A stretch of DNA of 64,000 nt from Candidatus Uhrbacteria bacterium RIFCSPHIGHO2_02_FULL_46_47 (GTDB lineage: Bacteria; Patescibacteriota; Patescibacteriia; GWA2-47-26), in contig MGDU01000022.1 in the NCBI GenBank assembly GCA_001790815.1, positions 108 to 64,107 on the forward strand. The letters run 5' to 3'. Made by a program: the position numbers and the translations under genes. Each line of letters starts with the position of its first letter. Position 1 is the first letter of the stretch. The notes under the pieces were generated by a model. The model was not told the DNA's origin and searched no databases. It was given only the letters and a program-made list of their open reading frames with translations. Of this stretch, positions 18,607 through 27,068 are shown piece by piece.

Positions 18607-20832
18607 TTAAAGACGATACAGAATTGCGGAGTTCGCAATAGTTTTATCAAGCACTCCGGTAAAATTCCAGCCAGAAGCCTGCCAAACTCCTTCCCCGCCT
18701 CCACTGATAATCTGCAGTTGCGGATCAAGGCTTACTTGACTTGTAATTTTTGAACGTGCTCCGGCTTGTTGTTCTATAGTTAGCGCGTAGGTAATGGTGT
18801 TGTGTAAATATCTCAAGGGGATTTCATAGGTAATTTTACCTTGCACGGCCTCCCCCGGATTGACAATAAGCCAGTTTCCAAATACAGTTTTACCGCGTTC
18901 GTTCCATATGCGCGTGCCGCTTGCAAGATCAGCGCGTGCTTCAGTTTCCTCATTCCTGATATCGGGATCCGGATCAAGCGTAATCGGCGGTTTTTCAAAA
19001 AGATGCGACGGGGGAATACTAAATCCGCTTGCTGAAATGAGCCGCGCATCTTTTGGCACATACATTCGCACAAACGAATAATTGCGGATGCCAAGTAATT
19101 TGTCCCCATGTTTCCCATGGTGAGTTCGCGTAAGGGTTACTGTTGTAAGAATTGTCCCTTCGCGTGTTATCCGTGCCTCATGGTGAATATTTTGATCAAT
19201 AACACCGTCGGTTTTTCCTCCGCCTACATTTGAAGTAATTACTGAAAGATAGTCTCCGCTGACTTCTTTAAGCGCGCCGGAGGCACCAAGGCGATGCAAT
19301 GCCGCCTCGGTTTCCTCATCGCGACTCCAAATCTGGATGTCTTTTTTATAAAGAGCGTTGATTAGAATTGTGAGTGCGGTTTGAGGATTACTTCGTGTAA
19401 GTTCGCGCGCCTTTTCAGTTACAGCTGGGAAGAGCGTGGTAATAATTCTTTTAGGAGTTTTGCGATTTGTCTCGCGATCACGCGCAATAATATTTTGGAG
19501 TTGATCAATAAAATTTTGCGCGGTAAATTTTTCCCCGCCTGACAATGTGATAGGCCCCGCGCTTTTAAGAATCTCCTCACCCAGATAGGCAGTAATCGCA
19601 ATGACGCCATCAAGAGTCGGTCCGCCGGTTGCCCCGTACAGTTCAGAAATTTTTTTGGCGGAAGTCGGAAAGTCAGGCCACCAGTTCGCGTCCTGCAGTT
19701 CAAAGCGGGGATTGATAAGGTGAAGAGGCTTGGGTGAGATACGATTAAGTGTGAGTTGTCCTTGAACATCATAACTGCCGCCTGAAGGAATTTCGACATT
19801 GTCTATTTTTCCGTTATTGATGGTAAGCAGTGCTAAAGACCCGGCAAATCCTCCGGTAGCGCGAAGTTCGCGTGGATTTTGGAAGACCAGGAGAATCTTC
19901 TTTTGCTCGCGGCTTCCACTCAAATCAGTAAGCACCGTAAGAATATCCTCTGTCGCGCGGAGTTTTTCTTTAAGCGGCGAAAGTATTGGTTTCCAAGACT
20001 GGCGATCAGCAATAAGCCGCATTTTTTCGCTTAAATAGGAAATTTCAGTTGACGCCTCGCTTAGCAATGTGGAAAACGATGCTGTCCCAGCTTTAAAATT
20101 CAAAAGTGTAGTGAGCAGTTGCTTACCGGAGAGCGCCGTAAGTTCAGAAAGTTCAAGGGCGGTATACTTTGCTTTTATGTGCGCCGGAAAAATTAAACGC
20201 AGCGGCCCAAAAGCATGCAAAGTCTGCCGCAGGTCCTTAATATTTCCAAGACTAAAAGCGAGCTCGGTTTTCGCGCGCGTAAAATCTTGCGCGCGCAGTG
20301 CATCAATAAATGCGTTTGCATGTTGTACGCCCTCGCTCATATTAGATGCTACTTTATATTCTGTCGCTTTTACGGCGCGGTATATGAGCAGGCCTTGTAC
20401 TGGAAGAGTAATTGCCACCAGCAATAGAAAAAATATTCCGACGCGCTCATGGCGGAAAATCGCCGGAATCGGTATGTACAGCCGCGCACTCCTTTGCCCC
20501 TTGACATGGCGCGTTTTTTGATTAAGACGACCCTTGAGCGTTTTACCAAATGTGGCGGCACTGCTCAAAAATGATGAAAAACCCTCTTGCCAGCCTTGTT
20601 TTTGCGTTTCAATAAGTTTTGCAAAATTTTCCGAGTGAGCTTTTAGTAAATCCGGCACCTCGGCAACGCGTTCGTCAAAGGCCGCAATGCGATTTTGTAG
20701 TCGCAGGTCTTTAGCCTGCGCAATTGTATTTTCGCGGCGCAAATTCAAGACATGGGGCGAGTGCGCGCCTTCATGCGGTTGAATCGCAACAGGGACTGGT
20801 TGTTTTGGTTTTGGGGAAGTTTTTTTAGACAT
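18607..20832 (-). CDS. DUF4012-domain protein
   Basis: LLVFQNPRELRATGGFAGS, DANWWPDFPTSA, DGVIAI, NVGGGKTD. Confidence 0.85.
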   Translation of the reverse strand: MSKKTSPKPKQPVPVAIQPHEGAHSPHVLNLRRENTIAQAKDLRLQNRIAAFDERVAEVPDLLKAHSENFAKLIETQKQGWQEGFSSFLSSAATFGKTLKGRLNQKTRHVKGQRSARLYIPIPAIFRHERVGIFFLLLVAITLPVQGLLIYRAVKATEYKVASNMSEGVQHANAFIDALRAQDFTRAKTELAFSLGNIKDLRQTLHAFGPLRLIFPAHIKAKYTALELSELTALSGKQLLTTLLNFKAGTASFSTLLSEASTEISYLSEKMRLIADRQSWKPILSPLKEKLRATEDILTVLTDLSGSREQKKILLVFQNPRELRATGGFAGSLALLTINNGKIDNVEIPSGGSYDVQGQLTLNRISPKPLHLINPRFELQDANWWPDFPTSAKKISELYGATGGPTLDGVIAITAYLGEEILKSAGPITLSGGEKFTAQNFIDQLQNIIARDRETNRKTPKRIITTLFPAVTEKARELTRSNPQTALTILINALYKKDIQIWSRDEETEAALHRLGASGALKEVSGDYLSVITSNVGGGKTDGVIDQNIHHEARITREGTILTTVTLTRTHHGKHGDKLLGIRNYSFVRMYVPKDARLISASGFSIPPSHLFEKPPITLDPDPDIRNEETEARADLASGTRIWNERGKTVFGNWLIVNPGEAVQGKITYEIPLRYLHNTITYALTIEQQAGARSKITSQVSLDPQLQIISGGGEGVWQASGWNFTGVLDKTIANSAILYRL

Positions 20833-20842
20833 GGGATATGAA

Positions 20843-20885
20843 GTCGTCACTGAGTGACGGGGCATGCTAGTCACTCAGTGACGAC
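20843..20885. repeat. Intergenic inverted repeat
   Basis: GTCGTCACTGAGTGAC...GTCACTCAGTGACGAC. Confidence 0.75.
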
Positions 20886-20901
20886 TAACAATTCTCCCAT
20901 T

Positions 20902-22050
20902 TTACACTAAAGAGGCCTGTTCGTACAAGTGTAGAGTTTGCCGCGCGTTATTTTGCCAAGAATATGCGCGGGGAAGCGGTGATTTAACTGGATTGCGAAG
21001 CGCATTAAGAATAGTTTTAGCCATATAATCAGGATTTAGCGGATCAAAATAAGCCGCGGCATCGCCCAAGATTTCGCGATGCACCGGAATGTCTGATACG
21101 GCAACTGGCGTCCCAAAAGCAAGCGCTTCAAGGGGTGGCAGACTAAACCCTTCTTCCAGCGAGGGTTGGACAAGGAGCGCGGCGTTTTTGTAAAGCGCGG
21201 CAAGCTCAGAGTCAGTGGCAGAACCGTAGAATACTATTGAGGATGTAGTATGTAGTACGTAGGACGTAGATTTTAATTTTTTCCAAAACCAATCTTCTCT
21301 TCCGACAAGTACAAGTTTGTACTCTGGCAATTGCGCGCGCACAATTTTCCATGCTTCCAGCAGTCGTGCAAGATTTTTGTGCGGATAAGCCGCACCGATG
21401 TACAAGACGAAGTCATCAGTCATCGGTTCACGGTTCACGGTTTGGTTTGACTTACTGTGAACTGTAGTCTGTGAACTGTTGACTAATGTTGCCGCTTCAT
21501 AAATCACCTGCACCTTCTTTCGCACCTGCGGATACTTGTCCAGCAACTGTTCTTTTACAAAATTGCTCGGTACAATAATCGCGCGCGCGGCCAGCACTGC
21601 GTGGCTAAAAATTAATTTGAACGCTTGGAATTTTAGCCAGTAGGTAATCCGCCCGCGTGTGGAAGACTCCCGCGTGCGATTGGAGGAAAAAAGTTCAAGA
21701 TCATGGATAGTAACAACAAATGGGCGGTTGAAAAAGAAGGGAACGTTCCAATGGGGAAAATGGATAAGTGAGGCGGTAGTACGTAGTAAGTAGTATGTAG
21801 AAAGTTGTTCGCGAATGCCATACCACTGTGCGTTCCAGAGTGCCTTATGAAAGCGTGGATTTTTGGGTTGATATTCGTCAAAATTCGCCCGACGCAAAAA
21901 AATAGTGTAACGAATTTCTCCCTCTCCCTCGGTGGGAGAGGGTTGGGGTGAGGGGGAAATTTGTTCCAGCGCCTCAATCAATTTCATCAAATACCGTCCA
22001 ATCCCGCGCTGGGCTGTCCCATACATCCTGGCATCAATGGCAATGTGCAT
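20902..22050 (-). CDS. Glycosyltransferase family 4, with four in-frame repeat insertions
   Basis: IAIDAR, GIGRY, VVTIHDL, PHKN, EGFSLPPLEA. Confidence 0.92.
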   Translation of the reverse strand: MHIAIDARMYGTAQRGIGRYLMKLIEALEQISPSPQPSPTEGEGEIRYTIFLRRANFDEYQPKNPRFHKALWNAQWYGIREQLSTYYLLRTTASLIHFPHWNVPFFFNRPFVVTIHDLELFSSNRTRESSTRGRITYWLKFQAFKLIFSHAVLAARAIIVPSNFVKEQLLDKYPQVRKKVQVIYEAATLVNSSQTTVHSKSNQTVNREPMTDDFVLYIGAAYPHKNLARLLEAWKIVRAQLPEYKLVLVGREDWFWKKLKSTSYVLHTTSSIVFYGSATDSELAALYKNAALLVQPSLEEGFSLPPLEALAFGTPVAVSDIPVHREILGDAAAYFDPLNPDYMAKTILNALRNPVKSPLPRAYSWQNNARQTLHLYEQASLV

Positions 22051-22094
22051 AAAAGGGCTTGACAAGAATAATATATGTGATATACTTTAAATAC

Positions 22095-22196
22095 GATCCT
22101 TGGTGAAGGCCTGCCGTATGGCAGAGATTGGTCTTTCGCAAGAAAGAATAGCCAAGGTGAACACCCATAAAATCCCTGCGTAAGCAGGGTTTTATG
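22095..22196 (+). ncRNA. Putative structured small RNA convergent with the DUF3800 gene
   Basis: Promoter TTGACA(22060)-TATACT(22081); outer stem CCTTGG/CCAAGG enclosing CTGCC-GTAT-GGCAG and TCTTTC-GCAA-GAAAGA; terminal hairpin CCCTGC-GTAA-GCAGGG-TTTT. Confidence 0.6.
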
Positions 22197-22761
22197 ATAT
22201 TGTAATATTTTGCAAATAACCCGTTTGTTGTGCTTTCCTCACTAGGGCTTGTGCATCCGGATGTTTAAGCAATGCACTGCGGATGCATCCTGCCCACATA
22301 TCTGCAAGACGTATTAGTGGTTCACTTTCATCTCGTTTGCTTTTCACAATACGCAGAGAGATGCCTGTTGCTCTCAGTGCGTTAGTAAGCTGTTTTGCTT
22401 TATAACGATCTATACCATCTACATATACACTTGCGCGATATGGTTGTTGTGCTACAAGTTTGATTGATTTTTCAAGCAGCTCAAGCATTGGGAAAAAATA
22501 AGGAATTGGTTTTCGGTAATGTGCTGTAAAAACACTGCCTTTTGCGATCTTTTTTTCAAGAATTATGGAAAGATATTGTATGCGCCGCGGATAAGATATT
22601 TTGTGCCATTTTAAATGATTGGTCTGTGCAATTTTCTCCGCATTAGTTAATTGCTGGCGAAGAGTTTCTTGATCACTGCTACTCACTATCGCAACTACTA
22701 CAAAGAATTCTGAACCCGCGTCTTGGCCTGCCTCATCAACATAGCAATAAAGTTTCTGCAT
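22192..22761 (-). CDS. DUF3800-domain protein (RNase H-like fold)
   Basis: YCYVDEAGQD at the N-terminus and DESEPLIRLADMWAG near the C-terminus. Confidence 0.8.
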   Translation of the reverse strand: MQKLYCYVDEAGQDAGSEFFVVVAIVSSSDQETLRQQLTNAEKIAQTNHLKWHKISYPRRIQYLSIILEKKIAKGSVFTAHYRKPIPYFFPMLELLEKSIKLVAQQPYRASVYVDGIDRYKAKQLTNALRATGISLRIVKSKRDESEPLIRLADMWAGCIRSALLKHPDAQALVRKAQQTGYLQNITIS

Positions 22762-22996
22762 AAACTATAAACAAAAAAGCACTTCTAGTGCTTTAAACAT
22801 ACCAAACTCTTGACATTTTGGCAAAAATATGATAATATAAAATATGCTCTTTTAAAGCAAAACTACCTAATGAGGAGAGCTTATTTATCATATTTTTATG
22901 TGGTAAGCAAGCTCTTCTCATAACGAGGAAGCCTCTGGGCCCCGGAGTGAGGGGCAAAACGCTTTTCGGGCAATCAAGCCTGAAAGGAGAACGACC

Positions 22997-23923
22997 ATGG
23001 GATCCAACGATTCTTTCCACGCAATGCGGCGCGGCCTGTCCGAGGGTCAATCCGAGGCGCTCCTGCGCAACGTCTGGCTTGCCGGTGGCGGCGACCAGGG
23101 CGGCAACGAGGCCGTCCATGCCCTGCTCCGCGGCGAGATGAAGGTCATCTTGCAGGACGCGATCGTTCTGCTCGTGGACGCGACCGGCCGGTGCATCCCG
23201 CTTCCCACGATCAAGGGCGAGCACGTGGATGCCAACCGCGACTTCTGCCTGGTCCAGCCCGCGATCGACTACGCCGCTATTCTCGGCCGCCTTCAGCAGT
23301 TCTTCGCGCCTGGGATGAAGTTTGTCTCGGCCGAGGAGTTCGCCAAGCAGGCCACGGCGCTCATCACGCGGATCCGTGAGACCAAGCAGGTCGCCAACTT
23401 GCTCAAGGGCGTGTGCCTGCCCATCGTCCTGCCGCAGATTACCGTCGCGAACTACGGGCAGACCCTGGAGGAGACCTTCCTTACGGCGGCCGAGCGCGCG
23501 TACCAGGCGCAGTACCCCGACCGGACGTTCTACAACTACCGCGCGGGCACGCTCGCCGGGCAGGTCCAGATCGTCGAAGAGAGCCGGCACCAGCGGCTCG
23601 TGGAGAAGATGGCCAAGGGCCCTGTGGTCCTCATCCACTTCCCAAACCCCATGCAGGGCTTCTCCATCCCGGCAGATCGCAAGATGATCAGCGCGTTGCC
23701 CGAGGGCTTCATGCTCGCAGGCGCGCTCGACACGGCGACGTCCGTCGTCGCTCACACCGTGACGCTCGCGCGTAACTACCACACACCCGGACTGGACTGC
23801 GCCGCGAACTCTTGGCGGGGCCTTTCGCTCTGCTTCAAGGCCAGCGACGACGGGCTCGGCTTCCGCTACAGGCGCCTGATCGCCGACGACGACTGCTCGG
23901 GCGGCCTGTCCTTCGTCGGGTAG
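22997..23923 (+). CDS. GC-rich hypothetical protein, candidate second DGR target
   Basis: AAAGGAG RBS; NNC-codon-rich C-terminus ending CSGGLSFVG; 3' spacer and hairpin arranged like those after the 3364-3969 target. Confidence 0.7.
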   Translation: MGSNDSFHAMRRGLSEGQSEALLRNVWLAGGGDQGGNEAVHALLRGEMKVILQDAIVLLVDATGRCIPLPTIKGEHVDANRDFCLVQPAIDYAAILGRLQQFFAPGMKFVSAEEFAKQATALITRIRETKQVANLLKGVCLPIVLPQITVANYGQTLEETFLTAAERAYQAQYPDRTFYNYRAGTLAGQVQIVEESRHQRLVEKMAKGPVVLIHFPNPMQGFSIPADRKMISALPEGFMLAGALDTATSVVAHTVTLARNYHTPGLDCAANSWRGLSLCFKASDDGLGFRYRRLIADDDCSGGLSFVG

Positions 23924-24003
23924 TAGCGTCTCTCGGGCTTCGTTCTCTTGTCCTTTGGATCAAGTCGCTTGTGGATTTGGTCTTTGGGACGACTCAGTTT
24001 CAT

Positions 24004-24043
24004 GGCGGGCGTACGACTCACAATCGTACGACCCGCCTTTTTT
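24004..24043 (+). terminator. Intrinsic terminator
   Basis: GGCGGGCGTACGA...TCGTACGACCCGCC-TTTTTT. Confidence 0.7.
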
Positions 24044-24058
24044 AATTGACGCTTCGCG

Positions 24059-25882
24059 TCACATCTCCTCCACCGTTTCTATGGTCAGCAAGTGCAGGCC
24101 TTGCTTGAGAGTTTTTTGGATGGCGGAGATAAGGGCCAGACGGAAGGCGCGGGTGGGTTTAGCGGATTTGAGCACTGGCGAGTTTTCATAAAAATCAGAA
24201 AATTGCTGGGCAAGTTTGTACAAGTATTGGGCAAGATGAGAGGGACCGCGATCTTGCGCGGCCTGTGTGATAATTTCTGGAAAGCGGGCGAGTTGGAAAA
24301 TTAGGTGCCATTCAAGATTACTCATACCCTCACCCCTCATAACGCCCCCTTCCCCCCCTCTTATCTTAAGAGGGGGTTGGGGGGAGTTACTGCCTGCTTT
24401 GCGCAGGATGCTGGCGATGCGCGCATAGGTGTACAACAAATACGGTCCAGTATCGCCGGTAAAGGCAATTGAGGCCTTAGGATCAAAATGTACTGCGGTT
24501 TTTGGCGCAACTTTGAGCAAATAATAGCGCACTGCGGCTTGGGCAATAATTTCCGCGCGATCTTCAATTTCTTTTTCGTTTAAATGATCATGCCGCGTAC
24601 GCACCTCTTCTTTAATCAGTCCCAGCATGTGATCCAAAAGCGCATCGGCTTCCACTACTGTTCCCTCCCGGGTTTTCATTTTTCCTTCCGGCAAAAATAC
24701 ATGGCCATAAGTCATGTGCTCACACTGGTTGGCCCATTTATATCCAAGCATCTGGTATATGGCAAAAAGCTGTTTGAAATAAAGATCTTGCTCTTGTCCC
24801 ACACACCAGATTGATCGCGAAAGTTTATATTTTCTGAATTTCTCTGACCCAAGCGCAAGATCTGCTGTAGCATAAATTGCTGTACCATCAGCGCGCTGAA
24901 GAATTTTCGGAGGGAGCGCAGGCTGAAGACCTGCGGCTACAGGGAATTCAATCAATACCGCGCCGGTCTCATCTTTTTTAAATACGCCTTTTTTAAGTCC
25001 TTGTTCCACTACTTTTTTCCCTTGTTTCCAAAGTTGGCTTTCAAAATAGGTGGCATTGAATTTTATGCCCAGCCGTTTAAGTGTTTCATTGATTCCATCA
25101 AGCGCCCAGCCAGACATTTGTTTCCAAAGCGCGAGGGTTTCTTTATCGCCCGCTTCCCATTTTCGCACGAGTTCCTCAGCTTGCTTTTCTAGGGCTAAGC
25201 CCTTAGATTTTTCAGGGCTTAGCCCTGCCCGTTCTTCTTTGGCCTTGCGTTCAAACAATACATACCACTGTACTACAAATTGATCGCCTTTCATGCCTTC
25301 ACTTTTTGGTGTTTTGTCTTTGCCCCAAAGTTTATAGGCCAGCATGGCTTTGGCAATTTGCAATCCGCGATCGTTAAATAAACAGGCGCGTACGATTTTT
25401 GATCCTTGAGACTCCAGCAGGCGGGCGACAGATTCGCCTAAAAATGCGTTGCGCAAGTGGCCAAGGTGGAGCGGTTTGTTGTTGTTGGGTGAGACCATCT
25501 CCATCATGACGCGCTGATTCCCCCTCCCCTGACCCCTCCCACGGGTGGAGGGGGATTGCCGGTTACTCCCTCTCCCTCGATGGGAGAGGGTTGGGGTGAG
25601 GGTGAATACCACCTTCGCCACATCATCTCGCCTCAACCAAAAATTCACATACGGCCCAGCGATTTCTACGCGCTCCACAAGTCCTTGCGGTTGCAATTTG
25701 TGCTGTAACTTTTGTGCCAGCGCGCCCGGTGCTATTTTTTTTTCTTTTGCCAGCGCAAACAGCGGAAGAGAAAAATCTCCCATGGCCGCATTTGGCGGAA
25801 ATACAATATCGGCGGGCGTTGCTTTAACCCCCGCCTTGTTGAGAATTTTTACAATGTCCTCCCGAGCCTGATTAAGCACCAT
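24059..25882 (-). CDS. argS: Arginine--tRNA ligase, with four in-frame repeat insertions
   Basis: SPNNNKPLHLGHLRN, RADGTAIYATADL, KMKTREG, GDTGPYLLY, FYE. Confidence 0.95.
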   Translation of the reverse strand: MVLNQAREDIVKILNKAGVKATPADIVFPPNAAMGDFSLPLFALAKEKKIAPGALAQKLQHKLQPQGLVERVEIAGPYVNFWLRRDDVAKVVFTLTPTLSHRGRGSNRQSPSTRGRGQGRGNQRVMMEMVSPNNNKPLHLGHLRNAFLGESVARLLESQGSKIVRACLFNDRGLQIAKAMLAYKLWGKDKTPKSEGMKGDQFVVQWYVLFERKAKEERAGLSPEKSKGLALEKQAEELVRKWEAGDKETLALWKQMSGWALDGINETLKRLGIKFNATYFESQLWKQGKKVVEQGLKKGVFKKDETGAVLIEFPVAAGLQPALPPKILQRADGTAIYATADLALGSEKFRKYKLSRSIWCVGQEQDLYFKQLFAIYQMLGYKWANQCEHMTYGHVFLPEGKMKTREGTVVEADALLDHMLGLIKEEVRTRHDHLNEKEIEDRAEIIAQAAVRYYLLKVAPKTAVHFDPKASIAFTGDTGPYLLYTYARIASILRKAGSNSPQPPLKIRGGEGGVMRGEGMSNLEWHLIFQLARFPEIITQAAQDRGPSHLAQYLYKLAQQFSDFYENSPVLKSAKPTRAFRLALISAIQKTLKQGLHLLTIETVEEM

Positions 25883-27053
25883 ACATAACACGCACAAAGT
25901 GGCGCTTACCTTTTTGGATAAGTACGCCTTTTTTGGTTAGCGTAATTGTTGTGAGCGGATCTTTAATGACTTTGCCATCAATCTGCACTCCTCCTTGTTC
26001 TACTACTCTGCGCGCCTCGCTTTTGCTTTCGGATAGTTTTGTCTTCACGAGTAAATCAACAATTCCAATACTCATAACTCTTAACTCATAACTCATAACT
26101 CGTTCCGGTGTTTCATGTTTCTGGAACGTTCGCACAAATTCCTCCTCGGCTTGTTTCGCCGCCGATGCGCCGTGATACATCTCCACAATGGTGCGTGCCA
26201 GGCGAGCTTTAGAATCGCGCGGATTAGTTTTAATTTCTTTTTCCGGCACTGTAAGTTCAGTCAGTAATTTGAAATAGGATGAAATTAATGAGTCGGGGAT
26301 AGTCATCAACTTGCCGTACATCTGTGCTGGCGCTTCAGTAATGCCCACATAATTGCCAAGTGATTTGGACATTTTTTGCACGCCATCAAGACCCACAAGC
26401 AAGGGACAGGTAATCACATCTTGCTCCGGCATGCCCATTTTTCTTTGCAAATCGCGACCGGCCAGCATATTGAATTTTTGGTCTGTGCCGCCGATTTCCA
26501 CTGCGGCGCGCACGGCAATGGAATCATAGGCCTGCATGATTGGGTATAGCAGTTCGTGAATTCCAAGCTCTTCGCCTGACTTCAAACGTTTTTGAAAGTC
26601 GTCGCGTTCAATAACGCGGGCAGTGGTAAAATTTGCCGTCAGTTTAATCACTTCCTCAAACGGCATCTTTTTAAACCACTCAGAATTAAAATGAATTTCA
26701 CATTGTTTTATATTGAGAATTTTGTCTACTTGATCAAAATAAGTTTTAGCGTTTTTCTCAACTGTCGCCGCATCAAGTTGTGGCCGTGTTTTTGATTTTC
26801 CGGTGGGGTCGCCAATGCGGCCAGTATAATCGCCAATGATAAATACCACCGTGTGTCCCAAATCCTGAAAGTCGCGCAGTTTGCGCAGTACAACCGTGTG
26901 TCCCAGATGAAGATCCGGCGCTGAGGGATCCATGCCAAGCTTTACCCGCAAGGGTTCTCCGCGCGTAAGATCGCGCTCCAAATGTTCTTTCACAATTACT
27001 TCTTCAACATTATAAGCAAGCAGATGTTCAATTTTTTTCTTCTCCATTTTCAT
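25872..27053 (-). CDS. tyrS: Tyrosine--tRNA ligase
   Basis: GMDPSAPDLHLGH, YPIMQAYD, GGTDQKFN, KMSKS, C-terminal S4 domain. Confidence 0.97.
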   Translation of the reverse strand: MKMEKKKIEHLLAYNVEEVIVKEHLERDLTRGEPLRVKLGMDPSAPDLHLGHTVVLRKLRDFQDLGHTVVFIIGDYTGRIGDPTGKSKTRPQLDAATVEKNAKTYFDQVDKILNIKQCEIHFNSEWFKKMPFEEVIKLTANFTTARVIERDDFQKRLKSGEELGIHELLYPIMQAYDSIAVRAAVEIGGTDQKFNMLAGRDLQRKMGMPEQDVITCPLLVGLDGVQKMSKSLGNYVGITEAPAQMYGKLMTIPDSLISSYFKLLTELTVPEKEIKTNPRDSKARLARTIVEMYHGASAAKQAEEEFVRTFQKHETPERVMSYELRVMSIGIVDLLVKTKLSESKSEARRVVEQGGVQIDGKVIKDPLTTITLTKKGVLIQKGKRHFVRVMYGA

Positions 27054-27068
27054 AATAACTGCATTGTA

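Noticed and set aside
22793-23782. 329-aa minus-strand ORF
   Set aside because: Antisense shadow of the GC-rich gene 22997-23923, which has the RBS and terminator.
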